From Burkholderiales bacterium (GTDB lineage: Bacteria; Pseudomonadota; Gammaproteobacteria; Burkholderiales; SG8-39), in the NCBI GenBank assembly GCA_036274735.1, contig DASUFD010000053.1:19587-83586 (forward strand): DNA of 64,000 nucleotides, written 5' to 3'. Positions within the stretch are counted from its first letter, which is position 1; each line of letters starts with the position of its first letter. The position numbers and the translations under genes were made by a program. Positions 1 to 17,836 of this stretch are shown here, one piece after another. The notes beneath the pieces are model-generated. The model was not told the DNA's origin, did no database searches, and was given only the letters and a program-made list of their open reading frames with translations.

Positions 1-1
1 G

Positions 2-1729
2 GCCAAGGGGGTGACGCAGCTCAACACCATCCTGCTGCAGAACCTCGAGGCGATGCTCGCGCCGCTTCCCGACACGCCGCCGCGTGCGCTCAACGAGCGC
101 TTCGAGATCCGCAGCGCGCTCCTGCACGTGCGGCGCGAGGACACCTTCCGGCGCGACCCGACGGCGATCCTGGAGAGCTTCCTGCTCATGATGCAGCACC
201 AGGAACTGCGCGGCATGACCGCCCGCACCCTGCGCGCGCTCTACCGAGCGAGGTTTTCCATAGATTCCGCTTTTCGCAGAAACCCGATCGCACGCCTGCT
301 GTTCCTGCACATATTGCAGCAGCCTCGCGGCATCGTGCACGAGTTCCGGCGCATGAACCAGTACGGCATCCTCGGTCGCTACCTCCCGGAGTTCGGCCGT
401 ATCGTCGGGCAGATGCAGCACGACCTCTTCCACGTCTACACGGTCGACCAGCACATTCTCATGGTGGTCCGCAACCTGCGGCGCTTCACCATGCCCGAGC
501 TTGCGCACGAGTTTCCGCTCGCGAGCGAGCTGATGAGCGGCTTCGAGCGGCGCTGGCTGCTCTACGTCGCCGCGCTCTACCACGATATCGCGAAAGGCCG
601 CGGTGGGGACCATTCGCAGCTCGGCGCACGCGATGCGCGCGGCTTCTGCCGCAAGCACCAGCTCGGCAAGGAAGATGCCGACCTCGTCGTCTTCCTCGTC
701 GAAAACCATCTCCTCATGTCGCACGTGGCGCAGAAGCAGGATGTCTACGAGCCCGAGGTCGTGCGCGCATTTGCCGAGCGCGTAGGCAGCGAGCGCCGGC
801 TGGTCGCGCTCTATCTCTTCACGGTCGCCGACGTGCGCGGCACGAGCCCCAAGGTGTGGAACGCTTGGAAAGGCAAGCTGCTCGAGGACCTCTTCCGCGC
901 CACGCGCCGCGTCCTCACCGGGGAGCTGCTGGCGCGCGACATCGCGCTCGCCGAGAAGCAGGCGGAAGCGGCGCGGCTGCTTCGCCTTTACGCGCTCTCG
1001 GATGCCGCCAAGGACCGGCTCTGGGCGCAGCTCGACACCGCTTACTTCCTGCGCCACGACGCGCAGGAGATCGCCTGGCACGCGCGCAACCTCCATTACC
1101 GAGTCGGTAGCGAAAAACCCGTGGTGAAGGCGCGTCTCGCGCCTTTCGGCGAAGGGCTGCAGGTGATGATCTACACGCGCGACCGCGAAGCGCTTTTCGC
1201 GCGCATCTGCGGCTACTTCGAGCGTGCCGGCTTCAACATCGCGGAAGCCAAGATCCACACGACGCGCGGCGGCTACGCCCTCGATACCTTCGTGGTGATG
1301 GGCGAAGGCCGGGACGCGCATTACCGCGACCGCATCGCCATGATCGAGGCCGAGCTCGGCGAGGAGATGGTATCGGAGAAGCCGCTCGCGCCGCCGCGCG
1401 GCGCTCGCCTGTCGCGCCGGGTACGCCACTTTCCGATCTCCCCGGTCGTCGACATCCGTCCCGACGAGCGCGGCGCCTACCAAGTGCTCTCCATCGTCGC
1501 GGCCGACCGGCCGGGCCTGCTCTACGGCATAGCGCGCATCCTCGCGCGCTACCACATCAGCATGCAGACGGCCCGCATCAACACCTTGGGCGACCGCGCC
1601 GAGGACGTATTCCTGGTGTCCGGCGAGGCGCTGTCCTCGCCGCGGACCGTGCTGCAGCTCGAGCAGGACCTGCTCGCTGAGCTCAGTCTTCCGGCGGCAG
1701 CGGCTCTCCCGGAAACAGCGCTTCGTTGA
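2..1729 (+). CDS. glnD: [protein-PII] uridylyltransferase/uridylyl-removing enzyme, C-terminal part (5' end upstream of window)
   Basis: ORF open to the window edge. HD-domain motif '[14 protein letters not shown]'. Two C-terminal ACT-like repeats ('[21 protein letters not shown]', '[20 protein letters not shown]'). Confidence 0.85.
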   Translation, partial: AKGVTQLNTILLQNLEAMLAPLPDTPPRALNERFEIRSALLHVRREDTFRRDPTAILESFLLMMQHQELRGMTARTLRALYRARFSIDSAFRRNPIARLLFLHILQQPRGIVHEFRRMNQYGILGRYLPEFGRIVGQMQHDLFHVYTVDQHILMVVRNLRRFTMPELAHEFPLASELMSGFERRWLLYVAALYHDIAKGRGGDHSQLGARDARGFCRKHQLGKEDADLVVFLVENHLLMSHVAQKQDVYEPEVVRAFAERVGSERRLVALYLFTVADVRGTSPKVWNAWKGKLLEDLFRATRRVLTGELLARDIALAEKQAEAARLLRLYALSDAAKDRLWAQLDTAYFLRHDAQEIAWHARNLHYRVGSEKPVVKARLAPFGEGLQVMIYTRDREALFARICGYFERAGFNIAEAKIHTTRGGYALDTFVVMGEGRDAHYRDRIAMIEAELGEEMVSEKPLAPPRGARLSRRVRHFPISPVVDIRPDERGAYQVLSIVAADRPGLLYGIARILARYHISMQTARINTLGDRAEDVFLVSGEALSSPRTVLQLEQDLLAELSLPAAAALPETALR

Positions 1730-2216
1730 AGCCGAACTTGCGCAGGTCGCGCACGCGCATCGGATAGAGGATGCCGTCGAGATGGTCCACCTCGTGCTGC
1801 ACCACGCGCGCGTGGAAGCCTTCGACCTCGCGCTCGAAGCGCCGCCCGCGCTCGTCGTACCCGGAGTAGCGCAGGCGCTTCCAGCGCGGCACCCAGCCGC
1901 GCAGGCCGGGCACGGAAAGGCAGCCTTCCCAGCCCTCCTCCATCTCCGCACCGAGCGGCTCTAGCTTGGGATTGATGAGCACCGTATCGGGGACCTCCTC
2001 GACATCCGGATAGCGAGGATTGCGGTGCACGCCGAAGATGACCACGCGCTTCAGGACGCCGATCTGCGGCGCGGCGAGCCCGGCGCCGTTCAGGTGCGCC
2101 ATGGTGTCGCGCAGGTCGGCCAGCAGCTCGTTCAGCTCCTCGCTCCCGAACCGCGTGACCTCCTCGGAGCGCTGAAGCAGGCGGGGGTCGCCCATGCGGA
2201 GAACTTCGCGGATCAT
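1683..2216 (-). CDS. def: peptide deformylase
   Basis: 177-aa C-terminal part of ORF 1683..3020 from ATG 2216. Deformylase motifs '[10 protein letters not shown]', 'EGCLSVPG', 'QHEVDHLDG'. Confidence 0.9.
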   Translation of the reverse strand: MIREVLRMGDPRLLQRSEEVTRFGSEELNELLADLRDTMAHLNGAGLAAPQIGVLKRVVIFGVHRNPRYPDVEEVPDTVLINPKLEPLGAEMEEGWEGCLSVPGLRGWVPRWKRLRYSGYDERGRRFEREVEGFHARVVQHEVDHLDGILYPMRVRDLRKFGFNEALFPGEPLPPED

Positions 2217-2953
2217 GATTGCTCGCAGACCTTTTCGATGATGCGCCGCACGCGGACCATCGCCTGCTCGAGCACGGCCTCGATGGCGTCGAGAGATACG
2301 CGGCTGCGGCTGTCGCCGCGTCCGGCCGCCGGGTTGGCGACGACCGCGAGCGCGGCATATTCGAGGTCGAGCTCGCGCGCGAGCGCCGCCTCCGGCATGG
2401 CGGTCATGCCGACGATGTCGGCGCCATCGCGCTCGAGCCGGTCGATCTCCGCAGCGGTCTCCAGGCGCGGTCCCTGCGTGACCGCGTACACGCCGCCGTC
2501 GTGCACCGTCTCGCCGCATGCCCGCGCCGCCGTCAGCAGCCTTCCGCGCAGCGACTGCGAGTACGGCTCGGTGAAGTCGATGTGCTTCACCGGCGCCCCG
2601 GCGCCTTCGAAGTAGGTCGACGGCCGGCCCCAGGTGTAGTCGACGATCTGATGCGGTACGAGGAGCGCCCCCGTGGCCGCCGCCTTCGTGATGCCGCCGA
2701 CGGCGGCGACCGACACGACCTCGCGCACGCCGGCATCGCGTAGCGCCCAGAGATTGGCGCGGTAGTTCACTTCGTGTGGGGCGACGGCGTGCTCGTCGCC
2801 GTGGCGCGCCAGGAAGACCAGGTGGCAGCTGCCAATGCTGCCGAAGCTGAGCGCGGCGGAAGGCTCGCCGTACGGCGTTCGTATCGTCCGGCGCTCGGTG
2901 AGCCGCAGGTTGGCGAGCCGGGTGAGGCCGCTGCCGCCGAGAATGGCGAGCAC
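2213..2953 (-). CDS. purine nucleoside / 5'-methylthio-adenosine(inosine) phosphorylase family protein
   Basis: 246 aa from GTG 2953 (2 nt after the hpt stop) inside ORF 2213..3913. PNP/MTAP-family motifs 'AILGGSGL', 'VFLARHG', '[14 protein letters not shown]'. The upstream part of the ORF is an Arg-rich artefact. Confidence 0.8.
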   Translation of the reverse strand: MLAILGGSGLTRLANLRLTERRTIRTPYGEPSAALSFGSIGSCHLVFLARHGDEHAVAPHEVNYRANLWALRDAGVREVVSVAAVGGITKAAATGALLVPHQIVDYTWGRPSTYFEGAGAPVKHIDFTEPYSQSLRGRLLTAARACGETVHDGGVYAVTQGPRLETAAEIDRLERDGADIVGMTAMPEAALARELDLEYAALAVVANPAAGRGDSRSRVSLDAIEAVLEQAMVRVRRIIEKVCEQS

Positions 2954-2955
2954 GC

Positions 2956-3501
2956 TCAGCTCCCGGCCATGGCGCGGATCTCGGGAAGATTGCGCCAGTA
3001 ACCCTTGGCATCCATGCCATAGCCGAAGACGAAGCGGTCGGGGATGCGCAGGCCGACGAAGTCGGCGTGGATCGGCTTTTCGCGGCCCAGCACCTTGTCG
3101 ACGAGCACCGCGCAGTGGAACGCTTTCGCCCCCAGCCCGAGCAGCCGATCGCGGATCGCCGCCATCGTCTGGCCGCCGTCGAGGATGTCGTCCACGACCA
3201 GCACCGTGCGTCCGCTTACGCCGGCAGGCGGCGCGACACGCCAGTCGATCGCTGCCCCGCGCGTCTCCTTGCCGTAGCGCGACACGTGGATGTAGTCGAA
3301 GTCGAGGGGAAAGCGAAGGAGCGGCAGCAACTGGCCGGCGAACACCACGGCGCCGCCCATCACCGCGAGCACGAGCGGGTAGTCTCCGCCCAGCCTCGCT
3401 GCGATCTCTTCGGCGACGCGCCGCAGTGCGCCCTGCACTTCGTCGGCGCTCGCCACGAGCTCCGACTGCTCGAGAAAACGCCAGGCCGCGGCGAGGTCCA
3501 T
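2956..3501 (-). CDS. hypoxanthine-guanine phosphoribosyltransferase-like protein
   Basis: ORF 181 aa. PRPP-binding loop '[13 protein letters not shown]' and 'FVFGYGMD', typical of 6-oxopurine PRTases. Confidence 0.8.
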   Translation of the reverse strand: MDLAAAWRFLEQSELVASADEVQGALRRVAEEIAARLGGDYPLVLAVMGGAVVFAGQLLPLLRFPLDFDYIHVSRYGKETRGAAIDWRVAPPAGVSGRTVLVVDDILDGGQTMAAIRDRLLGLGAKAFHCAVLVDKVLGREKPIHADFVGLRIPDRFVFGYGMDAKGYWRNLPEIRAMAGS

Positions 3502-3510
3502 CGGCCCAGT

Positions 3511-7313
<3,803 letters not shown>

Positions 7314-10300
7314 TCAGGCCGCCATCTCCTCCCGGATGCGAAGCGCCTCGTCGATGTCGACGGCCACCACGCGCGACACGCCGGACTCGGGCATCGTCAC
7401 GCCGATCAGCTGCTCCGCGAGCTCCATGGTGATCTTGTTGTGGCTGATGAAGAGGAACTGCGTCTCGCGCGACATGCGGCGCACCAGCTCGCAGAAGCGC
7501 AGCGTGTTGGAATCGTCGAGCGGCGCATCGACCTCGTCGAGCAGGCAGAAGGGGGCCGGATTGAGCTGGAAAAGCGAGAATACCAGCGCGATCGCGGTAA
7601 GCGCCTTTTCGCCGCCGGAGAGAAGGTGGATGCTCGCGTTGCGCTTGCCGGGCGGGTGGGCCATGACCTGCACGCCTGCGTCGAGGATCTCCTCGCCCGT
7701 CATGACGAGCTTCGCCTCGCCGCCGCCGAAGAGGGTCGGAAAGAGCTCGCCGAAATGCCGGTTCACGGCGTCGAACGTCTCGCGCAGAAGCTCGCGGGTC
7801 TCGCGGTCGATCTTGCGGATCGCGTCCTCGAGCGTGTGCACCGCCTCTTCGAGATCGATGGCCTGCGCGTCGAGGAAGCTCTTGCGCTCCTCGCTCGCGC
7901 GCAGCTCCTCGAGCGCGGCGAGGTTCACCGCGCCGAGCTCGCCGATCGCCTGGCTGAGCCGCGTGATCTCGCCCTGCAGGGCCGCAGGTCGCGGCGCGCG
8001 CTCGGCTTCGGCTGCCAGACGCGCCTCGTCGGCCTGGGCTTCGGCGAGCTGGTTCGCATACTGCTCGAAGCTGAGCTGCGCCGCCTGCTCCTTGAGACGC
8101 AGCTCGCCGAGCCGCTCGCGCAGGGGCGCGACGCGCGCCTCCACCTGGAGCCGCGCCTCTTCGATCTCGCGCAGCGCCGCAGCCGCGGCCTCGACCGCGT
8201 TGCGCGCTTCCGCGAGCTTCTTTTCATGAACGAGTCTTTGCTCCACCGCCGTCTCGAGCGCGGCTCGCACCTCCGGGATCGGGTCGCCGGCGAGCTCCTG
8301 CGCGAGGCGCGCGAGCTCGGCATCCGCCCGCTCGATCTGCTGGTCGATCACTCGCACCGAATGGTCGATCTCGCTGATCTTCGAGGCGCACTCGCGCTCG
8401 CCGAACAGCGCGTCCTGCACGTCGCGCTCGGCTTGCTGCGCCGAGCGCCGCTGCTCGCCGGCGGCGCTCTCGGCACCGAGGTGCCCCGCGCGCGCCGCCT
8501 CGAGCTTCTCGCGCGCCTCGCTTATCGTTTGCTGTGCGCGGCGAAGACTCTCCTCGCAGGCCGCCATACTCTCCCGCCCGCTCGCGTTCTCGAGCTCGAG
8601 GTCGTCGAGCGCGGTGCGGATTTGGCCGCTGCGCTCACGGAAGCGCTCCTGCGCCTGGCCGAGCTTCACGGCCTCGATCTCGGCGTCGTGGCGCTCGCGC
8701 TCGCGGAGGGCGATCGCGCTGCGCGCGTCCTCGAGCGCGGCATTGCGCTCGGCGAGCGCGTTCTCCGCCTCCGAGAGGCTGCGCTGCGCGCCCTCCAGCA
8801 TTTCGGCGAGCCCTCGGTAGTGCTCAGCGAGCCGCTCGATCTCGGCCTGCCGCGCGAGGATGCCGGCGTCGGCGGCATCCGGCGCATGGAAGCTCACCGT
8901 ATGTCGCGTGAACTGATGCCCCTCGCGCGTCACCAGCACGACGCCGGCGGGAAGCGCGGCGCGCGCCGCGTCTTCGGGATCCGCCGGCGCGGTATAGACG
9001 CCCGCCAGCCAGTCGGCGAGCGCCGCGGCCACCGCCGCATCGCCGGCATGAACCTTGGCCGCGAGCGGCTCGAGCCCCGGTATCGCCGCCGCCTCGTCAC
9101 CCGCGGGCTCGTGCGGCAGCTGGAACACGCTCGCCTTCGCCGGCGGCTGGTCGCCGAGAATCGATTGCGCGCTCGAGACCTCCATCGCGTGCAGCCGCTC
9201 GCGCAGCACGGCTTCGACCGCCGTCTCCCAGCCCGCGTCGATGCGCATCTTCTGCCACAGACGCGGCGAGCCGCCCAGCCCGTGACGCTCAAGCCATTCG
9301 CGAAGCGGCGCATTGTTTTCGCTGTCGGCCTGGATCTGTCGCAGCGTCGCGAGCTGCGCCTCGGCCGCCGCATGATCGCGCTGCGCCGCGCTCACCGCCT
9401 CGGCGGCCGCGGCACGGCGCTCCTCGAGAGCTTCGCATTGCGCCTGCAGCGAGGCAAAGGTCTGATGGGCGGCGTCGAGCTCGCCGGCGAGCGCGGTGCT
9501 GCGCTGCTCGAGCTCGGCCGCGGCGGCCGGATCGGGCTCGGCGAGCGCCTCGCGCTCGGCCTCGAGCCGCTCGCGTCGTTGCGCGAGCGCCTGGCTCGCC
9601 TTCTCGAGGTGCGCCCGATTGGACTCCTCGACCTGCAGCCGGCTTTCCGCCTGGATGAGAGCGCTGCGCGCTTCGGCGAGCCGCTCCTGCGCGGCGCGCA
9701 GCCCCTGCTCCATCTCGGGCAGCCTCGCGCTCTCCGCCTCGAGCTTCTGCCTTGCCTCGGCGACTTTCTCCTTGGCGCCGGCCGCGCGTGCCGCCCACAT
9801 GTGGAGCGCCTGGGTGAGCTGCGCGCGCTGCTCTCGCCACTGGGCGAGCTGTGTGCGCCGCTCGCCGTGCTGGTTCTCCAGCCGGGCGCGCGTCTCTTCG
9901 GCATGGCGCAGCTCGGATTCGTGCTTGGCGACTTCCGCGTTCGCCGCGTAGAGCTCGCCCTGCGCGGCGTTCAGCGCATCGCTCACCTGGAAGTGCGCGG
10001 CGCGCGCGCCTTCCAGGCGCAGCTCGAGATTGCGCAGCCCGGCATTCTCCGCTTCCAAAGAATTATTGACTTTGGAAACTTCGGACGCGTGCCGCTCCCG
10101 CTCGCTCGCCGCGTCGCGCCGGCGCACGTACCAGAGGAGCTGCTGCTTGAGCGCGAGCTCGGCCTGCAGCTCCTGATAGCGTGTCGCCACCTGCGCCTGC
10201 GCCTGCAGCTTCTCGAGCTGCGCGCCGAGCTCCAGGCGGATGTCGGTGATGCGCGCCAGGTTCTCGCGCGTGTCGGCGAGGCGCGATTCGGTCTCCTTGC

Positions 10301-10829
10301 GACGCTCCTTGTACTTGGAGATGCCGGCCGCCTCCTCGAGGAACACCCGCAGCTCCTCGGGCTTCGCTTCGATGACGCGCGAGATCATGCCCTGCTCGAT
10401 GATTGCGTAGGCGCGCGGCCCGAGGCCAGTGCCGAGGAACATGTCGGTGATGTCGCGCCGGCGCACGTGGCTGCCGTTGATGTAATAGTTCGACTCGCCG
10501 TCGCGCTGGAGCACGCGCCGCACCGCGATCTCGGCGTACTGGGACCATTGCCCGGCGGCGCGGCCCTGCGAATTGTCGAATGTCAGCTCGACCATGGCGC
10601 GGGCGAGCGGCTTGCGGTTCGTCGAGCCGTTGAAGATGACGTCCTGCATGGAATCCCCGCGCAGCGCCGCCGCGCGCGTCTCGCCGAGCACCCAGCGAAC
10701 AGCGTCGATGACGTTCGACTTGCCGCAGCCGTTGGGCCCCACCACGCCGACCAGGCTGCCGGGGACGTGAATCGTGGTGGGATCGACGAAGGACTTAAAT
10801 CCAGAGAGCTTTATTTGAGTTAGACGCAC
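7314..10829 (-). CDS. smc: chromosome segregation protein SMC
   Basis: Walker A 'GPNGCGKSN', long coiled coils, signature '[13 protein letters not shown]', Walker B '[13 protein letters not shown]'. Start set at GTG 10829 ('[14 protein letters not shown]'). The upstream in-frame start at 10880 is possible. Confidence 0.9.
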   Translation of the reverse strand: MRLTQIKLSGFKSFVDPTTIHVPGSLVGVVGPNGCGKSNVIDAVRWVLGETRAAALRGDSMQDVIFNGSTNRKPLARAMVELTFDNSQGRAAGQWSQYAEIAVRRVLQRDGESNYYINGSHVRRRDITDMFLGTGLGPRAYAIIEQGMISRVIEAKPEELRVFLEEAAGISKYKERRKETESRLADTRENLARITDIRLELGAQLEKLQAQAQVATRYQELQAELALKQQLLWYVRRRDAASERERHASEVSKVNNSLEAENAGLRNLELRLEGARAAHFQVSDALNAAQGELYAANAEVAKHESELRHAEETRARLENQHGERRTQLAQWREQRAQLTQALHMWAARAAGAKEKVAEARQKLEAESARLPEMEQGLRAAQERLAEARSALIQAESRLQVEESNRAHLEKASQALAQRRERLEAEREALAEPDPAAAAELEQRSTALAGELDAAHQTFASLQAQCEALEERRAAAAEAVSAAQRDHAAAEAQLATLRQIQADSENNAPLREWLERHGLGGSPRLWQKMRIDAGWETAVEAVLRERLHAMEVSSAQSILGDQPPAKASVFQLPHEPAGDEAAAIPGLEPLAAKVHAGDAAVAAALADWLAGVYTAPADPEDAARAALPAGVVLVTREGHQFTRHTVSFHAPDAADAGILARQAEIERLAEHYRGLAEMLEGAQRSLSEAENALAERNAALEDARSAIALRERERHDAEIEAVKLGQAQERFRERSGQIRTALDDLELENASGRESMAACEESLRRAQQTISEAREKLEAARAGHLGAESAAGEQRRSAQQAERDVQDALFGERECASKISEIDHSVRVIDQQIERADAELARLAQELAGDPIPEVRAALETAVEQRLVHEKKLAEARNAVEAAAAALREIEEARLQVEARVAPLRERLGELRLKEQAAQLSFEQYANQLAEAQADEARLAAEAERAPRPAALQGEITRLSQAIGELGAVNLAALEELRASEERKSFLDAQAIDLEEAVHTLEDAIRKIDRETRELLRETFDAVNRHFGELFPTLFGGGEAKLVMTGEEILDAGVQVMAHPPGKRNASIHLLSGGEKALTAIALVFSLFQLNPAPFCLLDEVDAPLDDSNTLRFCELVRRMSRETQFLFISHNKITMELAEQLIGVTMPESGVSRVVAVDIDEALRIREEMAA

Positions 10830-10873
10830 GCAAAAATGATAACATCGCGCCGCTTTCCCTCCGGTGGTTTTCC

Positions 10874-11248
10874 GTGCCATCCCGACCGAGCAAGCGGCTG
10901 GAGACGTTCGCCAACCCCGCGCCTGAGCGCGACTACCGGATCCACATGGAAATCCCGGAGTTCACCTGCGTCTGCCCGATGACCGGGCAGCCGGACTTCG
11001 CGACACTCGTGCTCGACTACGTGCCCGACCGGGTGTGCGTCGAGCTCAAGTCGCTCAAGCTCTACGTCTGGTCCTTCCGCAACGAGGGCGCGTTCCATGA
11101 AGCGGTGACCAACCGCATGCTCGACGACCTGGTACGCGCGACTCGGCCGCGCTGGATGCGGCTCGAGGGACGCTTCGCCGTGCGCGGCGGCATCACCACG
11201 TCGGTGTCCGCCGAGCACCGCAAAAAAGGGTGGAGCGAAAAGACTTGA
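10874..11248 (+). CDS. queF: NADPH-dependent 7-cyano-7-deazaguanine reductase (unimodular type)
   Basis: ORF 124 aa. Catalytic-Cys motif 'CPMTGQPDF' and QueF motif 'ELKSLKLY'. Confidence 0.85.
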   Translation: MPSRPSKRLETFANPAPERDYRIHMEIPEFTCVCPMTGQPDFATLVLDYVPDRVCVELKSLKLYVWSFRNEGAFHEAVTNRMLDDLVRATRPRWMRLEGRFAVRGGITTSVSAEHRKKGWSEKT

Positions 11249-12381
11249 ACCCGAACCTGGCGAAGCTCCAGCCCTACCCCTTCGAGAAGCTGCGCGCGCT
11301 CACCGCCGGCAACGCGCCGCCGGCAAAGCTCGCGCCGATCAACCTGTCGATCGGCGAGCCCAAGCATCCGACGCCGGCGCTCGTCAAGGAGGCGCTCGCC
11401 TCGAGCCTCGACGGCCTGGCCGCCTATCCCGCCACCGCGGGGACGCCGGAGCTGCGCCGGGCCGTCGCCGCCTGGCTCGCGCAGCGCTACGGGATCCGGG
11501 CGCCGGACCCGCAGACCGAAGTGCTGCCGGTAAATGGCTCGCGCGAAGCGCTCTTCGCCTTCGCGCAGACCGTGATCGACCCCGTCCCCGGCGCACGCGT
11601 CGTATGCCCCAACCCGTTCTATCAGATCTACGAGGGTGCGGCGATTCTCGCCGGCGCCGTCCCCGTATACGGCGAGCCGGAAAGCTGGGAAGGGGTACAG
11701 CTCGTGTATGCCTGCTCGCCCGCCAATCCCAGCGGACGCGTCATGTCCCTCGACGAGTGGCGCCGGCTCTTCGAGCTGTCCGATCGGCACGGCTTCGCGG
11801 TCGCCTCCGACGAGTGCTACTCGGAGATCTATTTCGACACGCCTCCGCTCGGCGCTCTCGAAGCCTGCCGCAAGATCAAGCGCGGCTACGAGCGCCTCGT
11901 CGTCTTCTCGAGCCTGTCGAAGCGCTCCAACGCGCCCGGCATGCGCTCGGGCTTCGTCGCCGGCGACGCTGCACTGATCGCCAAGTTCCTGCTCTACCGT
12001 ACCTACCACGGCTCGGCGATGAGCCTCGCGGTGCAGCGCGCCTCCGTCGCGGCATGGAACGACGAGGCGCACGTGCGCGAGAACCGCCGTCTCTATGCCG
12101 AGAAGTTCCGGGCAGTGCTGCCGCTCATCGGCCGGCCGCTCGAGACGCGCATGCCCGACGGCGGCTTTTACCTTTGGGTACGCACACCTATCGACGACGC
12201 CGAGTTTGCGCAGCGGCTGCATTCCCAGGAGAACGTCCTCGTCCTGCCGGGGAGCTTCCTCGCGCGTAGCGTCAATGGCCGCAATCCCGGCGCCAACCAT
12301 GTGCGCATCGCGCTCGTCGCCCCTCTGGAAGAGTGCCTCGAGGCGGCACGCCGAATCATGCGCTTCGCCCAATCCCTATGA
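11245..12381 (+). CDS. dapC: succinyldiaminopimelate transaminase (class I/II aminotransferase)
   Basis: N-terminus '[15 protein letters not shown]' and PLP-lysine region '[16 protein letters not shown]'. Immediately followed by dapD. Start TTG 11245 is preferred (TTGA overlap with the queF stop, GGAG 9 nt upstream). GTG 11230 is the alternative. Confidence 0.8.
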   Translation: MNPNLAKLQPYPFEKLRALTAGNAPPAKLAPINLSIGEPKHPTPALVKEALASSLDGLAAYPATAGTPELRRAVAAWLAQRYGIRAPDPQTEVLPVNGSREALFAFAQTVIDPVPGARVVCPNPFYQIYEGAAILAGAVPVYGEPESWEGVQLVYACSPANPSGRVMSLDEWRRLFELSDRHGFAVASDECYSEIYFDTPPLGALEACRKIKRGYERLVVFSSLSKRSNAPGMRSGFVAGDAALIAKFLLYRTYHGSAMSLAVQRASVAAWNDEAHVRENRRLYAEKFRAVLPLIGRPLETRMPDGGFYLWVRTPIDDAEFAQRLHSQENVLVLPGSFLARSVNGRNPGANHVRIALVAPLEECLEAARRIMRFAQSL

Positions 12382-13190
12382 GCGCCAAAGACACCATCGA
12401 CCAAGCCTGGGATGACCGCGCGGCCCTCAGCGCGGCCAACGCCCCGCGAGACGTGCGAGCAGCGGTAGAGGAAGTCCTCGCCGGCCTCGATTCCGGGAGG
12501 CTCCGGGTGGCGGAGAAATCGGGCGGCCAGTGGATCACGCATCAGTGGATAAAGAAGGCCGTGCTGCTCTCCTTCCGCCTGGAGGACAACCGCGTCATGG
12601 AAGGCGGCGCGACCCGGTACTACGACAAGGTGCCCTCGAAATTCGGCCCGTCGTTCGACTTTGCCGCTGCCGGATTCCGCGTCGTGCCGCCCGCCATGGC
12701 GCGCCGCGGCGCCTATATCGCGAAGAACGCGGTACTGATGCCTTCCTACGTGAACATCGGCGCTTACGTCGACGAGGGCACCATGGTGGATACTTGGGCC
12801 ACCGTCGGGTCGTGCGCGCAAATCGGCAAGAACGTGCACCTCTCGGGCGGCGTGGGCATCGGCGGCGTGCTCGAGCCGCTGCAGGCGAACCCGGTCATCA
12901 TCGAGGACAACTGCTTCATCGGCGCGCGCTCGGAGGTCGTGGAAGGCGTAATCGTCGAGGAGAACAGCGTGCTTTCCATGGGCGTTTTTATCGGCCAGAG
13001 CACGAAGATCTTCGACCGGGAGACGGGGCAGGTTCTGTACGGACGGGTGCCGGCGGGCTCGGTCGTTGTTGCAGGAACTATGCCTTCCGCCGACCGCAGC
13101 TGCGCGCTTTACTGTGCAGTAATTGTGAAAAAGGTCGATGCCCGCACACGAGCGAAAACCAGCCTGAACGAACTTCTGCGAGGCGATTAA
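12378..13190 (+). CDS. dapD: 2,3,4,5-tetrahydropyridine-2,6-dicarboxylate N-succinyltransferase
   Basis: Starts at ATG 12378 (ATGA overlap with the dapC stop). Left-handed beta-helix hexapeptide repeats ('[19 protein letters not shown]', '[17 protein letters not shown]'). Confidence 0.9.
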   Translation: MSAKDTIDQAWDDRAALSAANAPRDVRAAVEEVLAGLDSGRLRVAEKSGGQWITHQWIKKAVLLSFRLEDNRVMEGGATRYYDKVPSKFGPSFDFAAAGFRVVPPAMARRGAYIAKNAVLMPSYVNIGAYVDEGTMVDTWATVGSCAQIGKNVHLSGGVGIGGVLEPLQANPVIIEDNCFIGARSEVVEGVIVEENSVLSMGVFIGQSTKIFDRETGQVLYGRVPAGSVVVAGTMPSADRSCALYCAVIVKKVDARTRAKTSLNELLRGD

Positions 13191-13219
13191 ACTAGCGCAA
13201 AACCGCGGGAGGCGAGCCC

Positions 13220-16341
<3,122 letters not shown>

Positions 16342-16366
<25 letters not shown>

Positions 16367-16929
16367 CCGCGGGCGGCCTTGCTTTCTGCAACCGGCTCGA
16401 GGCCGAAGCGTCGCGCCAGAATGCCGGCCTCGCGCCTCAGCGCCCGCATGCGCCCCGCCTTCAGCTCGAGCTCGATCTCGCTGATGGCGCAGCGGCGCCG
16501 TCCGGCTCGCAGGCTCCCGCGGTCCAGCGCGATCTCGATCTTCGCCTTGCCGCGCTCCACAATGCGTGAGCGCCGCATGAAGCGAGTCTCGAAGATGGGC
16601 GCGAGCCCGGCAGCGATCGATTCGAGGTCGATGCCCGTGGCACGGCGGATCGCCGCAAGCGGCAGCCGCGCGAGCTCGAGCGAGCGGGACCGGACCGGCG
16701 TCTCCCATTCGTTGCGCACGTCCGCGCTGCGCTCGCCTTTCACCGTCTGCAGCCAGCGCCCGCCGTCGCGACGCAGGCGCAGCGCGATGCGCCGGCGTCG
16801 CAGCTCGCCGCGCGGCGTGTCGAAATAGACGCTGTGGAGGATGCGACCACGCGGCAGCCGCAACACCCGGGCCACGGTCGCGGCTCGCCCGGGTGCGACG
16901 GCGAGCTTCAGCTCACGCTCGAGCGGCAC
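16342..16929 (-). CDS. CYTH domain-containing protein (triphosphate tunnel metalloenzyme family)
   Basis: ORF 195 aa. N-terminal 'ERELKL' (ExExK-like) followed by alternating basic/acidic beta-strand pattern ('EIELELK'). GTG start. Confidence 0.6.
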
Positions 16930-16939
16930 GAGGGAAAGA

Positions 16940-17015
16940 TGGGGTGGCCGATGGGACTCGAACCCACAACAACGGGGATCACAACCCCGGACTCTACCTT
17001 TGAGCTACGGCCACC
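16940..17015 (-). tRNA. tRNA-His (anticodon GTG)
   Basis: The reverse complement folds as a cloverleaf: encoded G-1, acceptor GTGGCCG/CGGCCAC, anticodon loop TTGTGAT, T-loop TTCGAGT, encoded CCA. Confidence 0.9.
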
Positions 17016-17024
17016 GTAGCGAAC

Positions 17025-17101
17025 TGGCCTGCCCGACAAGACTCGAACTTGTAACCCCCAGCTTAGAAGGCTGGTGCTCTATCCGGTTGAGCTACGGGCA
17101 G
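17025..17101 (-). tRNA. tRNA-Arg (anticodon TCT)
   Basis: Acceptor CTGCCCG/CGGGCAG, D-stem GCTC/GAGC, anticodon stem CCAGC/GCTGG with loop CTTCTAA, T-stem ACAAG/CTTGT, encoded CCA. Confidence 0.9.
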
Positions 17102-17150
17102 TCCGCGAGCAAGCAAGAGCAGTGCAAATTGCGAACACTACGCCGACGCA

Positions 17151-17228
<78 letters not shown>

Positions 17229-17343
17229 GAAAAATTGCCCGCGAATGATACCCTTAGCGCAGACCGCGAGCAATCCAGGTTGCTTGCGACGGGGGGGTGT
17301 TTCTGGTACAAAAGCGCCTCACTTTTTTTGGGCTGTGCACGAA

Positions 17344-17769
17344 ATGCCGGTGGAATTGACGAGAAAAAGCTTCACGCCCTACGCCGCGAAGAAGGGCGAG
17401 GAGTACATGAGCGCGCCGCAGCGCAAGCATTTCCGGAAGATCCTTGAGGCGCTGAAGGCCGAGCTCTCGCAGGAAATCGACCGCACTGTGCACACCATGC
17501 AGGACGAGGCGACGGTGTTCGCCGATCCGAACGACCGGGCGAGCCAGGAGTCGGACATGGCGCTCGAGCTGCGCAACCGCGATCGCGAGAGGAAGCTGAT
17601 CAAGAAGATCGACGAGACCATCGCGCGCATCGACGCCAACGAGTACGGCTACTGCGACAGCTGCGGCGTCGAGATCGGGCTCAAGCGCCTCGAGGCGCGG
17701 CCGACCGCGACGCTGTGCATCGACTGCAAGACACTCGACGAGCTGCGCGAGCGGCAGGTCGCGAAGTAA
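17344..17769 (+). CDS. dksA: RNA polymerase-binding transcription factor DksA
   Basis: 141 aa from ATG 17344 inside ORF 17074..17769. Coiled-coil tip 'DPNDRASQESD', then 'LELRNRDRERKLIKKI'. C4 zinc finger 'CDSCGVEIGLKRLEARPTATLCIDC'. Confidence 0.9.
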   Translation: MPVELTRKSFTPYAAKKGEEYMSAPQRKHFRKILEALKAELSQEIDRTVHTMQDEATVFADPNDRASQESDMALELRNRDRERKLIKKIDETIARIDANEYGYCDSCGVEIGLKRLEARPTATLCIDCKTLDELRERQVAK

Positions 17770-17797
17770 AAAATTGGGCCCCCGCCTTCGCGGGGGC
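17768..17797 (-). terminator. rho-independent terminator downstream of pnp (hairpin also follows dksA on + strand)
   Basis: Perfect 8-bp GC stem GCCCCCGC/GCGGGGGC (17778-17785/17790-17797) with loop CTTC. On the minus strand it is followed by CCAATTTTTT. Confidence 0.55.
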
Positions 17798-17836
17798 GAC
17801 AACAAGTTCGCCATTCCCGCGTAGGCGGGATTCCCG

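Noticed and set aside
10830-10873. Possible preQ1 riboswitch upstream of queF
   Set aside because: The gap to the divergent smc start is only 44 nt. It shows no stem-loop plus A-rich tail resembling the preQ1-I aptamer, and is too short to hold both a promoter and an aptamer.
17025-17101. Unusual C1-G72 first base pair in tRNA-Arg(TCT) as a sign of a pseudo-tRNA
   Set aside because: All four stems pair cleanly, the conserved U8, U33 and T-loop are present, and CCA is encoded. The tRNA is most likely functional and the first pair is simply lineage-specific.
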